44,115 bases of DNA from Thermodesulfobacteriota bacterium (GCA_034658755.1 JAYEFV010000147.1:1-44115); one strand, 5' to 3'. Counted from the first letter of the stretch, positions 8,853 through 16,951 are shown. The notes: a model not told the origin generated them from the letters alone. Numbers and translations: made by a program.

Positions 8853-9076
8853 GTCAAACGTAGACTTGATAATCATATAAAAGGCTGCGACTTGGAGCCA
8901 TGACGATTATGTTTTGAGCCAGAATTGATAAAATACGTATTGCTCGTCAAGCGTAACATTTTCCTTTTGTCTAAGAGATACATTTATCGAGAATAAAAGT
9001 TGGTTTGTGAATGATTCGCCATGCAGAGGTGTGGCAACGGAAAATGTCACTACAGCCTGACGAGCTGGAAAAGAAA

Positions 9077-9165
9077 TAAGACACCTCCCCATCCATAGCA
9101 AACAATGCTATGGACCAGTACGTATTTTACGTAACACAAACACTTTGGATATAGGAGGTGTCTTA
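9077..9165 (+). promoter_or_regulatory. 12-bp perfect inverted repeat that can sequester the transposase SD and start codon
   Basis: TAAGACACCTCC (9077-9088) pairs with GGAGGTGTCTTA (9154-9165). An inner hairpin is CCATAGCA-aacaa-TGCTATGG (9093-9113). Confidence 0.55.
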
Positions 9166-10162
9166 TGAGAGCATACGCTGGAATCGATTTACATTCAAGC
9201 AATATTACATTGGCATTATGGATCAGGATTACAAAAGGCTATTTGGTCGGCGGCAACCAAACAATCTGAACGATGTTTTAAAGGTATTGGAACCATTCAA
9301 GGCTGATCTGGAAGGTGTTATCGTTGAATCCACCTACAACTGGTACTGGCTTGTGGATGGGTTGCAGGAACATGGCTATACGGTCCATCTGGCCAATCCG
9401 TCGGCGATAAAACATACGGATGACAGATGGGACTCTTTTTGGTTGGCGCACATGAAGCACTTAAACATTTTACCTGAAGGTTATATCTACCCAAAAGAAC
9501 AAAGATCTTTACGCGATTTACTGCGAAGAAGACTATTTTTTGTAAGACACAGAACAGCAAATATTTTAAGCCTGCAAAGTACAATTACCAGAAATCTTGG
9601 AATTAAGATTTCGGGTAACAACATCAAAAAGCTTAATATGGATGATGCTAATGAACTATTCGATTCATCGAACCTGGTATTCATGGCCCAAAATAATATC
9701 GCAACAATTAAGCATTTTGGGAAGATAATCAAGGGCATATAAAAAGAAATAAAATCCCAGGTTCAACTTCGCAAAGAGTTTGTAATGCTAACTACCATAC
9801 CTGGAATTGGAATAATCCTGGGTCTTACAATTATGCTTGAGGTAGGAGATATAGGTCGGTTTTCCAAAGTCGGCAATTACTCCTCCTACTGCCGTTGTGT
9901 CAGTAGTAAAAGGCTTTCAAATGGTAAGAAGAAAGGGGAAAACAACAAGAAGAACGGCAATAAGTATTTAGCCTGGGCCTATGTTGAAGCAGCTCACTTT
10001 GCCAAAAGGTACATTCCCAAGGCCCAAAGATTTTATCAGCAAAAAATGGCTAAAGCCAACGGCGCTGTTGCAACCAAGGCCCTTGCCAACAAGTTGGCCC
10101 GTGCTTCCTATTTTATCATGCGAGACCAAGTACCGTTTGATGAAGACATGCTTTTCAAATAA
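9165..10162 (+). pseudogene. IS110-family (DEDD) transposase with an N-terminal frameshift and an in-frame TAA
   Basis: ATG 9165 gives MRAYAGIDLHSSN, then the frame shifts near 9201-9206 to YYIGIMDQDYKRLF...VIVESTYNWYW. TAA at 9740-9742 interrupts ...KGI*KEIKSQV...MLTTIPGIGIILG..., which stays in the same frame. Confidence 0.8.
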
Positions 10163-10190
10163 TCGGTTTGGGTGCGATAGTGAACCGGCA

Positions 10191-10325
10191 AAGGGGTTGG
10201 CTTAAAACCATAAGACTTGATTGGTAACTGCAACGCCCGCCAGCAGCCGGAAAGCGTTTTAACATCCTGATTCGCCTATGCCGTGAGTCCACAAGGGGTT
10301 GGCTAATAACCATAAGATTTGTGAT
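10191..10325. repeat. Two ~32-bp direct repeats AAGGGGTTGGCT(T)AA(A/T)AACCATAAGA(C/T)TTG
   Basis: Copies lie at 10191-10222 and 10293-10325 in the 475-bp non-coding stretch after the transposase. Confidence 0.7.
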
Positions 10326-10707
10326 AAAAACAATTGAACACGGTATGGCACCGAAGATTTTCTGGGGTCCGATTCAGCCGTCGTAGCCATAGGCTACTAT
10401 GGCGAAGTCTGCATGGACCAGGGGCCGTGTTTTAAGTATTGTGCATAAAACACAATTGCCTTGAACCTGATGGGCCTCCGGCTCGTAGAGCCTACGCCTC
10501 GGAGAGTGACTGGTGCGGATCAATATATACTGACTGATAACCAATAAAAATGAAATAACGGGTGCGAGATAGGTGGTAAAACAATACCGTGCTGTGGGGA
10601 ACTAAGAGCCAAGCGAAAAAAAAGAGGTATTTTTTTCATGGGAGAGGTGTTTTTTCTCTTGACTTACCCTTTAATGGGTGACCTCTTACCTTTTATATGC
10701 CTATATT

Positions 10708-10744
10708 GGTTGAAAAATGGTGAAATAAACCACTTTTTTCAACC
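10708..10744. promoter_or_regulatory. Near-perfect 14-bp inverted repeat upstream of the MerR-like gene (candidate operator or leader hairpin)
   Basis: GGTTGAAAAATGGT...ACCACTTTTTTCAACC ends 10 nt before ATG 10755. A possible promoter is TTGACT (10669-10674), an 18-nt spacer, then TTATAT (10693-10698). Confidence 0.3.
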
Positions 10745-10754
10745 AAAGGTAAAA

Positions 10755-11249
10755 ATGAATAAGATTTATCCGACTAATCTAGTTCGAAAATTGACCGGGG
10801 TGACTCTTAACCAGTTAAAATATTGGGTGAGAATTAATCTTGTTTCTCCGGAAAGAGATGGCAAGTTTTCTTTCTATTCTTTTAAGGATATTGTTAAGTT
10901 ACGAGTATTGGTTTCATTGAGAAAGAAAGGATTAAGTCTTCAACAGGTAAGAAAAGGGATAAAAAATTTAACCATGATGTTACCAGATGAAGAGCCAATT
11001 ACTAGGCTGATCATCTATACCGATGGAATGGACATGATTGTTGTTGAAAAAGGGAAATATTTCAACGCAATAACAAGACAACAGTATATCCGATTTGACA
11101 CGGAACAGATTGGTGCTGAGATAATTAAGTTACAAAAAACGAATAGTACTTTTATAAAAGAAAAGGCTAATTTTGAAAATAAAAAAAGTGATACCTCTCC
11201 CATATATTTAAGCTATTGCAGGATGGATGAAAGAAAACAATTGCAATGA
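10755..11249 (+). CDS. MerR-family HTH transcriptional regulator with a ~90-aa C-terminal domain
   Basis: LVRKLTGVTLNQLKYWVRINLVSP...YSFKDIVKLRVLVSLRKKGLSLQQV is MerR-type. The start is set at MNKIYPT, whereas the ORF track begins at 10638. It has an ATGA overlap with the next gene. Confidence 0.7.
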   Translation: MNKIYPTNLVRKLTGVTLNQLKYWVRINLVSPERDGKFSFYSFKDIVKLRVLVSLRKKGLSLQQVRKGIKNLTMMLPDEEPITRLIIYTDGMDMIVVEKGKYFNAITRQQYIRFDTEQIGAEIIKLQKTNSTFIKEKANFENKKSDTSPIYLSYCRMDERKQLQ

Positions 11250-12151
11250 ATGTATTAAACACAGTTCGCAATGAATTAAATCAATTAGGTTATTATCTTA
11301 AGGGGTACCCGAATTTAAAGGATTTTGCAGAAATTCACAGAGGTATTGAGTGGAATATTTCGCTTATAGAAAATAGGAATATATTAATATCGTTTGACCC
11401 AAAGCCTGGATTCAGCAAAGGGCTGGACAAGGTTCCAGGAAAAATAGAGCCTTTCTATGCCAAAGAATTTGTATATCTAAATGTGGATGAACCTTACAGA
11501 ATAAAAAACGTACATTCACTTCCATGGAATAGGACGAAGGTAATTGCAAATAGACACATAATCAGCCGTGGGCCATGGCGGATTGTTGGTTTCCCGGATT
11601 CCAGCGGTTTGGTTTTTCATGAAAACTTTATTGGAATTTGGCCAAAAACGAATATGACAATTGAAGTGCTTTCAGCTCTTATTAACTCACCTTTGATCAA
11701 TGCAGTTCTTTATGTGCATGAAGGTAAGCGTTTTAATCGGATTTCTACACTGAAACAAATTCCTGTTTCATTTCCCGGAGCTATTGATACTGAAAGAATC
11801 ACTCAGCTCGTCAAGTACTATGGCAAACTCCGACCAGGATTTAAAAGAGGTTCCGCTACAACACCAATCATCCAAAAATGTATTCAGACACTTATGGAAA
11901 TCGACAGCTTGATTTTAAAAGCCTACGATCTCCCTCCGAGGCTTGAACGCAAGCTGCTGGAATGTTTTAGAGGGTATGCACGGGCTGTTCCATTTGATTT
12001 TCCTGAATATTACCCTGAAGACTTTAGACCTTGTATTCCTTTACACAAATATCTTGAGATGGATTTAAAGCAAGCCAGTGCGGGAGAACTGCTCAAAAGA
12101 ATCACGCCCTTTGATTCCGAAGATATGCATGATTTTTTTATGGACATTTAG
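11246..12151 (+). CDS. Orphan TaqI/Eco57I-type target-recognition-domain protein (no methyltransferase motifs)
   Basis: LKDFAEIHRGIEWN and ...FIGIWPKTNMTIEVLSALINSPLINAVLYV... match the TaqI-like C-terminal specificity domain. They parallel YALWAILNHFLASLWF in the 961-aa MTase. No motif I or motif IV is present. Confidence 0.55.
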   Translation: MNVLNTVRNELNQLGYYLKGYPNLKDFAEIHRGIEWNISLIENRNILISFDPKPGFSKGLDKVPGKIEPFYAKEFVYLNVDEPYRIKNVHSLPWNRTKVIANRHIISRGPWRIVGFPDSSGLVFHENFIGIWPKTNMTIEVLSALINSPLINAVLYVHEGKRFNRISTLKQIPVSFPGAIDTERITQLVKYYGKLRPGFKRGSATTPIIQKCIQTLMEIDSLILKAYDLPPRLERKLLECFRGYARAVPFDFPEYYPEDFRPCIPLHKYLEMDLKQASAGELLKRITPFDSEDMHDFFMDI

Positions 12152-12233
12152 GCAGGGCAATCCTGATGGACGGATACCTTATAACGAATAAAGAATTAAT
12201 GGCTGTGTTTCAGGTTTCAAAAGGAAAAGCGGG

Positions 12234-12959
12234 ATGCAGAAAAACAAAATTGGCAGAAACCAACCGTGCCCCTGCGGTAGTGGAAAAAAATTTAAAAAAT
12301 GTTGCTATGGTAAAATATCGGTGGATAAGTCTTCAAATATGCTTTTGCCACTTTTAAGCGAAATTAATTATGGATCGCCGCCTTTATTAAACGATTCTTT
12401 TTTTATATCGAATCGGGTGCATGAAATTTCTGCACCACGTTTGCTTTATTCCAATTTATTAAATCCCGAAGTAGAGCAAATTGCATCGAAGTTGACAAGC
12501 CAATTGATAGATCGTGGACAAAAAGAAGCTATTGACATTGAAAAGGCAGAAAATACTGATGAGCTTATTAATTTAATGCGCAAGGGGGTAGATGTTTTAA
12601 ATCATGAAATATTAAAAGAAAAGCTATTGCAAAAAAAAGAAACAACGGTTCCAATTATTCTAAATGAATTGAAGAAACCTCAAAGTTCTCAATTTGTTGA
12701 AATATCAATAATAATATTGTACTTCTCAGAGATAGATTGTTCGAATGAGATTTTAGAAATACTACAAAAAACAAACTTAAATGCGTATACGGTCTCATTG
12801 CTTTGCATTCTTTTAGGATTTTATGGTGTAGAAGAATATGTCGAAATATTATGGAAATATTACCATTATTTTAAAGATCGATATCCTAATGAGACATTTA
12901 GTGATGGCCCATTAATAAGTTTATCAGAGATATGGGAAAGAAAAAAGGAAAGTAGTTAG
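12234..12959 (+). CDS. SEC-C metal-binding-motif protein
   Basis: N-terminal NQPCPCGSGKKFKKCC. The remaining ~210 aa are helical and AT-rich-encoded, with no motif I recognise. Confidence 0.65.
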   Translation: MQKNKIGRNQPCPCGSGKKFKKCCYGKISVDKSSNMLLPLLSEINYGSPPLLNDSFFISNRVHEISAPRLLYSNLLNPEVEQIASKLTSQLIDRGQKEAIDIEKAENTDELINLMRKGVDVLNHEILKEKLLQKKETTVPIILNELKKPQSSQFVEISIIILYFSEIDCSNEILEILQKTNLNAYTVSLLCILLGFYGVEEYVEILWKYYHYFKDRYPNETFSDGPLISLSEIWERKKESS

Positions 12960-13011
12960 AGATGATGGCAGACGTTTACACTTTGGGAATTGATCGGAAA
13001 AGGTGAATCGG

Positions 13012-13146
13012 ATGACACGCAAGAAAAAAACCGGTAAAAAACCGATTGAGCAGCATGATCACAAGGGCAAAAATCGGGGCAATAATCCGCCGGTTGGTCT
13101 GGTGACTCCAGATACCGACAAAAAGATGTTTGGTGTTGTTTCTTGA
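13012..13146 (+). pseudogene. 44-aa N-terminal stub of a second type III-like Mod methyltransferase
   Basis: MTRKKKTGKKPIEQHDHKGKNRGNNPPVGLVTPDTDKK parallels the N-terminus of the intact Mod, MAKKKKSTRVQDYRHDKKRKNNPPIGMVSYEPK. The frame ends inside the hairpin at 13132. Confidence 0.5.
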
Positions 13147-13195
13147 ATTGTAAATATCATCACCTAGTCACTATTCAAGACGCGATACCATTTTT
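13132..13195 (+). terminator. Hairpin plus T-run element (homologue at 24722-24768)
   Basis: The 17-nt arms GGTGTTGTTTCTTGAAT and ATTCAAGACGCGATACC pair with G-U wobbles on the + strand RNA only. TTTTT follows at 13191-13195. Confidence 0.5.
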
Positions 13196-13254
13196 CTACA
13201 ATCAAATCTAAAATACATAGAAAACCATGCTTTTCAAAAAGAGAGGCACATCCC

Positions 13255-16140
13255 ATGCAAGAATTACCAGAAAATAAAACTGGGCATGAAAAGTCGATTA
13301 GTGATTCCATCCGAAATACAATAAGTTCGGCTTTTCAACAGGTTGGGTACTCCAAAAGAATGATTTTGCATGATGTAAGTTTTGTTGGGGAGGGTGGAAA
13401 ACCTCACAAAGCAGATATGGTGGCCTATTCGAGTTCCCTGCGTCAAGATGCAGACACGGCTGTAATATCTGTAAAAGGGTCTGAAAACACGGAAAAAATT
13501 CAATTTGATGCGGATATTTCCCCATTCCGTGCATTGGCGACTCCAATTATCGTACTTGCAGAATACAGAGCTATTCATGGTGTGGCAGAACCCAGAGTGA
13601 GAACCGTAGGTCTGTGTAAAGATGCAGCTACATTTAAAAAGGAAAAAGCAGAAAGCAATATTATTCCCCTTTCCAGATTTGAAGAATACCTTAGAAATAA
13701 TCAACAATTTTTCACGCCACGTCGTTTAGAGGAGGCAAAGTTGGTTCCCGTTCCCGAACAACTCACGTTGTTTGATATAGCTCCGCACCTCAATAAGCAA
13801 GCATTGCAAATCGCTGAGAAAGAACTTGTTGATCGATTTGAAAAAGGTGTCAGGGAAGTTATAAAATTCACAAGTGACGAATATAAGCAACGAGTTATAA
13901 ATGCAGCTATTTCAGTACTTGGTGCCCGAATCCTTCGCGACAGATTGAAGAAAAATTGGCCACTCCCTTCCGGCGCAATAGAATTCTTATCTTTTGCTAA
14001 GAAATTTTTACCTGGCTATTTTGATATATCCAAAAAAATTGCTGGAATGCTCGACCCTCTGCTTAATCGATTACCCTCTGCTTTTGATTTTTCCCAGGTA
14101 AGTCTGGATATGGTTGGAAAATTTTATGCTTCAGCTTTTGTTACAAAAGAACTCCGGGACAAATGGGGGATTCACTACACTAAATCTTTGTTAGCAAGAA
14201 CACTTTTGAGGCGGATGCCTATTGAAGAGCTTCCCCCTGACAAGCGTATTCTTGCGGATCCTACTTGTGGTTCAGGAAGCCTTTTAACAGCAGGCTACGA
14301 ACGACTCGCGAATGCTACTTATCTTAGAATCCCTCAGAATGAAAGGCATCAGCGACTTGTTGGCACCATTTTCGGCAATGACAGAGATCAATTTGCCGCC
14401 GAAATAACGCGCATGACTTTGATGCTGTTTCATCCGCCCCACAAGAATAATTGGAAAGTAACTCATTTTGACGCAGAAAAGGATAGCTTTGGACGTAGAT
14501 GGACAAAGGAAATTGAAGTGACACCAACTATCATCGTAGCAAATCCGCCCTTTGGAGGAAAAGGTGGAGGTGCATCTACCACAGTCAAACCAAGAACAAG
14601 ACACCAACCTGATAGATCTGCTTTAATATTAAATCACTGTTTGAATATTCTTCCTGAAAACGGTTTGTTAGGTATTATTCTTACCGAAACAGTATTAGAT
14701 CAGCAGTTATTGAAAACAACCAGACATCGGGTTTTAAAGGAATGCCAAATCATAGAACAGTGGGATATTCCGGTGGGATGGTTTGATAATGTAAATCGTC
14801 CTGCCATGGCGTGGATCTTACGCAAGACCGCTCCATCGTCCAAAACGGTTTATATCCGTTCTCTTTCTGATGTACCATCCTTAGGAAGGGAGGCGAAATT
14901 ACATGGGACTATCCAAATTGATTTTGCCAATCCGCCTGAACACCTTGTTCCAACAGTTTTTGATGATATTTTGTCTAAAATGGAAATGAGTCCAAATTGC
15001 ATCAAGGATTATTACAGTGTGATGAATGGACTTCAACCGCTAAAAGGAAAGGTTACGACGGAAAAATCTGAGAAGGCTCATTCATGGAGCGGCAATGCTA
15101 TAGGTACTGATCCCTATACAGATTGCAGTAATGGTAATAAAGGCTGGTTGGAATTAATTAATGAAAATTTTGACGAAAGGAGCCAAAGGTTAGATTTGCG
15201 AAAACATCTGGATCAAAATGCACCTATGGTCATGCTTAGGGCAAATCGAAAAGCTCCCTGGAAATATAAATGGAGCTCAATGGCACTGATCAATATACCA
15301 GATAATTCCCGAAAAGTAGTGGCACCCTCAGCAAGTTATCATGTGACATTTTCTAAAAGCAATAATGATATTGATAAAACGAATAATGTCTATGCATTAT
15401 GGGCTATTTTGAACCATTTTCTTGCCAGCCTATGGTTTCATGAACGCCAGAGGGTTCAGACAATTCCTACCAAAAATTACAGGGATTTCCCATTGCCGAA
15501 AGTTTGGAACATAAAGAATATCAAGTTATTAGCTTCAACCGCAAAAGAACTCATTGACACAAAAAGAACAATCTATTCAAAACCGATACTTGACCCTCAA
15601 GATAGTCCAAAAATCAAGGAAATGGTGAAGAAAATTGATGATATTATCTATCAGATGTATGAAATCAAACAAGGAGAAAGACGACGGATCGAAGCCTTGT
15701 TTGGCGAAGAACAGCGTCCTTTACTTGTAGACATTGAGCAAACAAAAAAAGCTGCCCCAAAATCAAATATTGGTTCCGGTATCATTTATGACGAACCGGA
15801 ATGGGAAACCACTTGCGAAACCTTAGAACTCCACTTTGAAAAAAACCGTATAAGGCTCACTATTGACGGATTGACAGATTGTTCTGAAGATCTCGGATCT
15901 GCCGAAGATGGGATCTGGCTGAAAATAATTCCTGCCATGCCGGGATGGCTGTTGGAGAATGGGGCTGTGGGCTGGGTTGACATTACTACGGATAGCGCCA
16001 AAAAATTAAAACGATCCCCTGAAAAATACGTCCTTGGATTTCGCCTTCACAAGAACGCCTACAAGACACAAGATGAGATTGACAAATGTTTGCTCCTTGC
16101 CTCTAATGCGGAAATGAAAAAGGCGGAGGCAAATGGGTAA
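13255..16140 (+). CDS. Type IIG/IIL-like gamma-class N6-adenine DNA methyltransferase with N-terminal nuclease-like domain, TaqI-type TRD and an unassigned C-terminal domain
   Basis: Motif I is ILADPTCGSGSLL (~14255-14280) and motif IV is IVANPPFGG (14542-14553). The TRD reads ...VYALWAILNHFLASLWF. The product is 961 aa. An AGAGAGG SD precedes the ATG. Confidence 0.85.
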   Translation: MQELPENKTGHEKSISDSIRNTISSAFQQVGYSKRMILHDVSFVGEGGKPHKADMVAYSSSLRQDADTAVISVKGSENTEKIQFDADISPFRALATPIIVLAEYRAIHGVAEPRVRTVGLCKDAATFKKEKAESNIIPLSRFEEYLRNNQQFFTPRRLEEAKLVPVPEQLTLFDIAPHLNKQALQIAEKELVDRFEKGVREVIKFTSDEYKQRVINAAISVLGARILRDRLKKNWPLPSGAIEFLSFAKKFLPGYFDISKKIAGMLDPLLNRLPSAFDFSQVSLDMVGKFYASAFVTKELRDKWGIHYTKSLLARTLLRRMPIEELPPDKRILADPTCGSGSLLTAGYERLANATYLRIPQNERHQRLVGTIFGNDRDQFAAEITRMTLMLFHPPHKNNWKVTHFDAEKDSFGRRWTKEIEVTPTIIVANPPFGGKGGGASTTVKPRTRHQPDRSALILNHCLNILPENGLLGIILTETVLDQQLLKTTRHRVLKECQIIEQWDIPVGWFDNVNRPAMAWILRKTAPSSKTVYIRSLSDVPSLGREAKLHGTIQIDFANPPEHLVPTVFDDILSKMEMSPNCIKDYYSVMNGLQPLKGKVTTEKSEKAHSWSGNAIGTDPYTDCSNGNKGWLELINENFDERSQRLDLRKHLDQNAPMVMLRANRKAPWKYKWSSMALINIPDNSRKVVAPSASYHVTFSKSNNDIDKTNNVYALWAILNHFLASLWFHERQRVQTIPTKNYRDFPLPKVWNIKNIKLLASTAKELIDTKRTIYSKPILDPQDSPKIKEMVKKIDDIIYQMYEIKQGERRRIEALFGEEQRPLLVDIEQTKKAAPKSNIGSGIIYDEPEWETTCETLELHFEKNRIRLTIDGLTDCSEDLGSAEDGIWLKIIPAMPGWLLENGAVGWVDITTDSAKKLKRSPEKYVLGFRLHKNAYKTQDEIDKCLLLASNAEMKKAEANG

Positions 16141-16951
16141 GATACAATATGATTATGAAGTCATATTTATCGATGTAGGTCAGGGAGATGCCACACTTAT
16201 ACATCAATTATCAAATATGCATTCTGTTTTAGTTGATGCAGGAATTGCAAAGCCGGTCTTAACCGCCCTTAGGCAGAGCGCTCAACTTAAAGCAATTTTC
16301 ATTACCCATTGGGATAAAGATCATATCGGCGGTATGTCAGCCGTTATTAACTGGTTATCGAATAAATATCAGAAAGCCGTCGATGTTTTCATAAATCTTC
16401 AAGATACGTCCACTAAGATTGCAAAAATATTAAGCAGAACACTTGATGAAGCATGTGAGAATGGAACAGTTGAGTTAAAACATGCATGTAACGATTCAAA
16501 GAATCCGATTGAAATAATCAATGGAAGTTTTTTGATATTATGGCCTCCTTATAGAAAAGTTATAAGGTATCCTGATAACAGAAATTTTGGTTCTTTAATT
16601 CTTCGCTTTGATGTTGGAGATTTCAGCTTAGTTCTCGGCGGTGATGCTGGTGGAGATGTTTGGCCTCTTGTTGACCAGACAGTACTTAAAGCAGATGTTT
16701 TCAGGTATCCCCATCATGGCGGAGAGCTTTTCACAGGCAAAAACAGTTGGTCGGCAGAGGATCTTATATCGAAAGTGAATCCAGACTGGATAGTGGTATC
16801 CGTGGGTGTAAACAATCCCCACGGCCATCCTTCTGAAGAATTTATTAATGCTCAATCACGGCATCCGAATATACAGGTTCTTTACACAACCGAAGGAAAT
16901 ATCAATTTGCAAATAAAAAGCGCCGTTGGAAATATAAGAGTGAGGCAATAA
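16133..16951 (+). CDS. Stand-alone ComEC/Rec2-type metallo-beta-lactamase-fold hydrolase
   Basis: Motifs are FIDVGQGDATLI, ITHWDKDHIGG (16306-16332), GGDAGGD and YPHHGG. It overlaps the upstream gene by 8 nt, and its stop directly abuts the mod ATG. Confidence 0.85.
   Translation: MGKIQYDYEVIFIDVGQGDATLIHQLSNMHSVLVDAGIAKPVLTALRQSAQLKAIFITHWDKDHIGGMSAVINWLSNKYQKAVDVFINLQDTSTKIAKILSRTLDEACENGTVELKHACNDSKNPIEIINGSFLILWPPYRKVIRYPDNRNFGSLILRFDVGDFSLVLGGDAGGDVWPLVDQTVLKADVFRYPHHGGELFTGKNSWSAEDLISKVNPDWIVVSVGVNNPHGHPSEEFINAQSRHPNIQVLYTTEGNINLQIKSAVGNIRVRQ

Larger units (their letters stand above)
8853..10179 (+). mobile_element. Decayed IS110-family insertion sequence (boundaries tentative)
   Basis: The left boundary is inferred from loss of similarity between the two 123-bp repeat copies. 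The right boundary is guessed just after the transposase stop. A ~1.3-kb size with a long 5-prime non-coding end fits the IS110 group. Confidence 0.35.

Noticed and set aside
2496-9000. Integron-like cassette array (many small same-strand genes with recurring intergenic repeats)
   Set aside because: There is no intI-type integrase in the window. The recurring repeats lack the imperfect R''-L''/L'-R' palindrome and the GTTRRRY ends of attC sites.
10168-10570. Group II intron, suggested by recurring GGGTGCGA (GUGCG-like 5-prime end)
   Set aside because: There is no reverse-transcriptase/maturase ORF, no recognisable domain V, and the motif also occurs inside the 123-bp repeats. I treat it as a repeat motif only.
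10638-10754. N-terminal 39-aa extension of the MerR-like ORF
   Set aside because: The extension is hydrophobic, overlaps the putative promoter and the inverted repeat, and MerR HTH domains start at the extreme N-terminus. ATG 10755 is preferred.
12166-12357. 63-aa ORF upstream of and overlapping the SEC-C gene
   Set aside because: It is in a different frame and overlaps the SEC-C motif coding region. It has no motif, and the longer SEC-C ORF explains the region.
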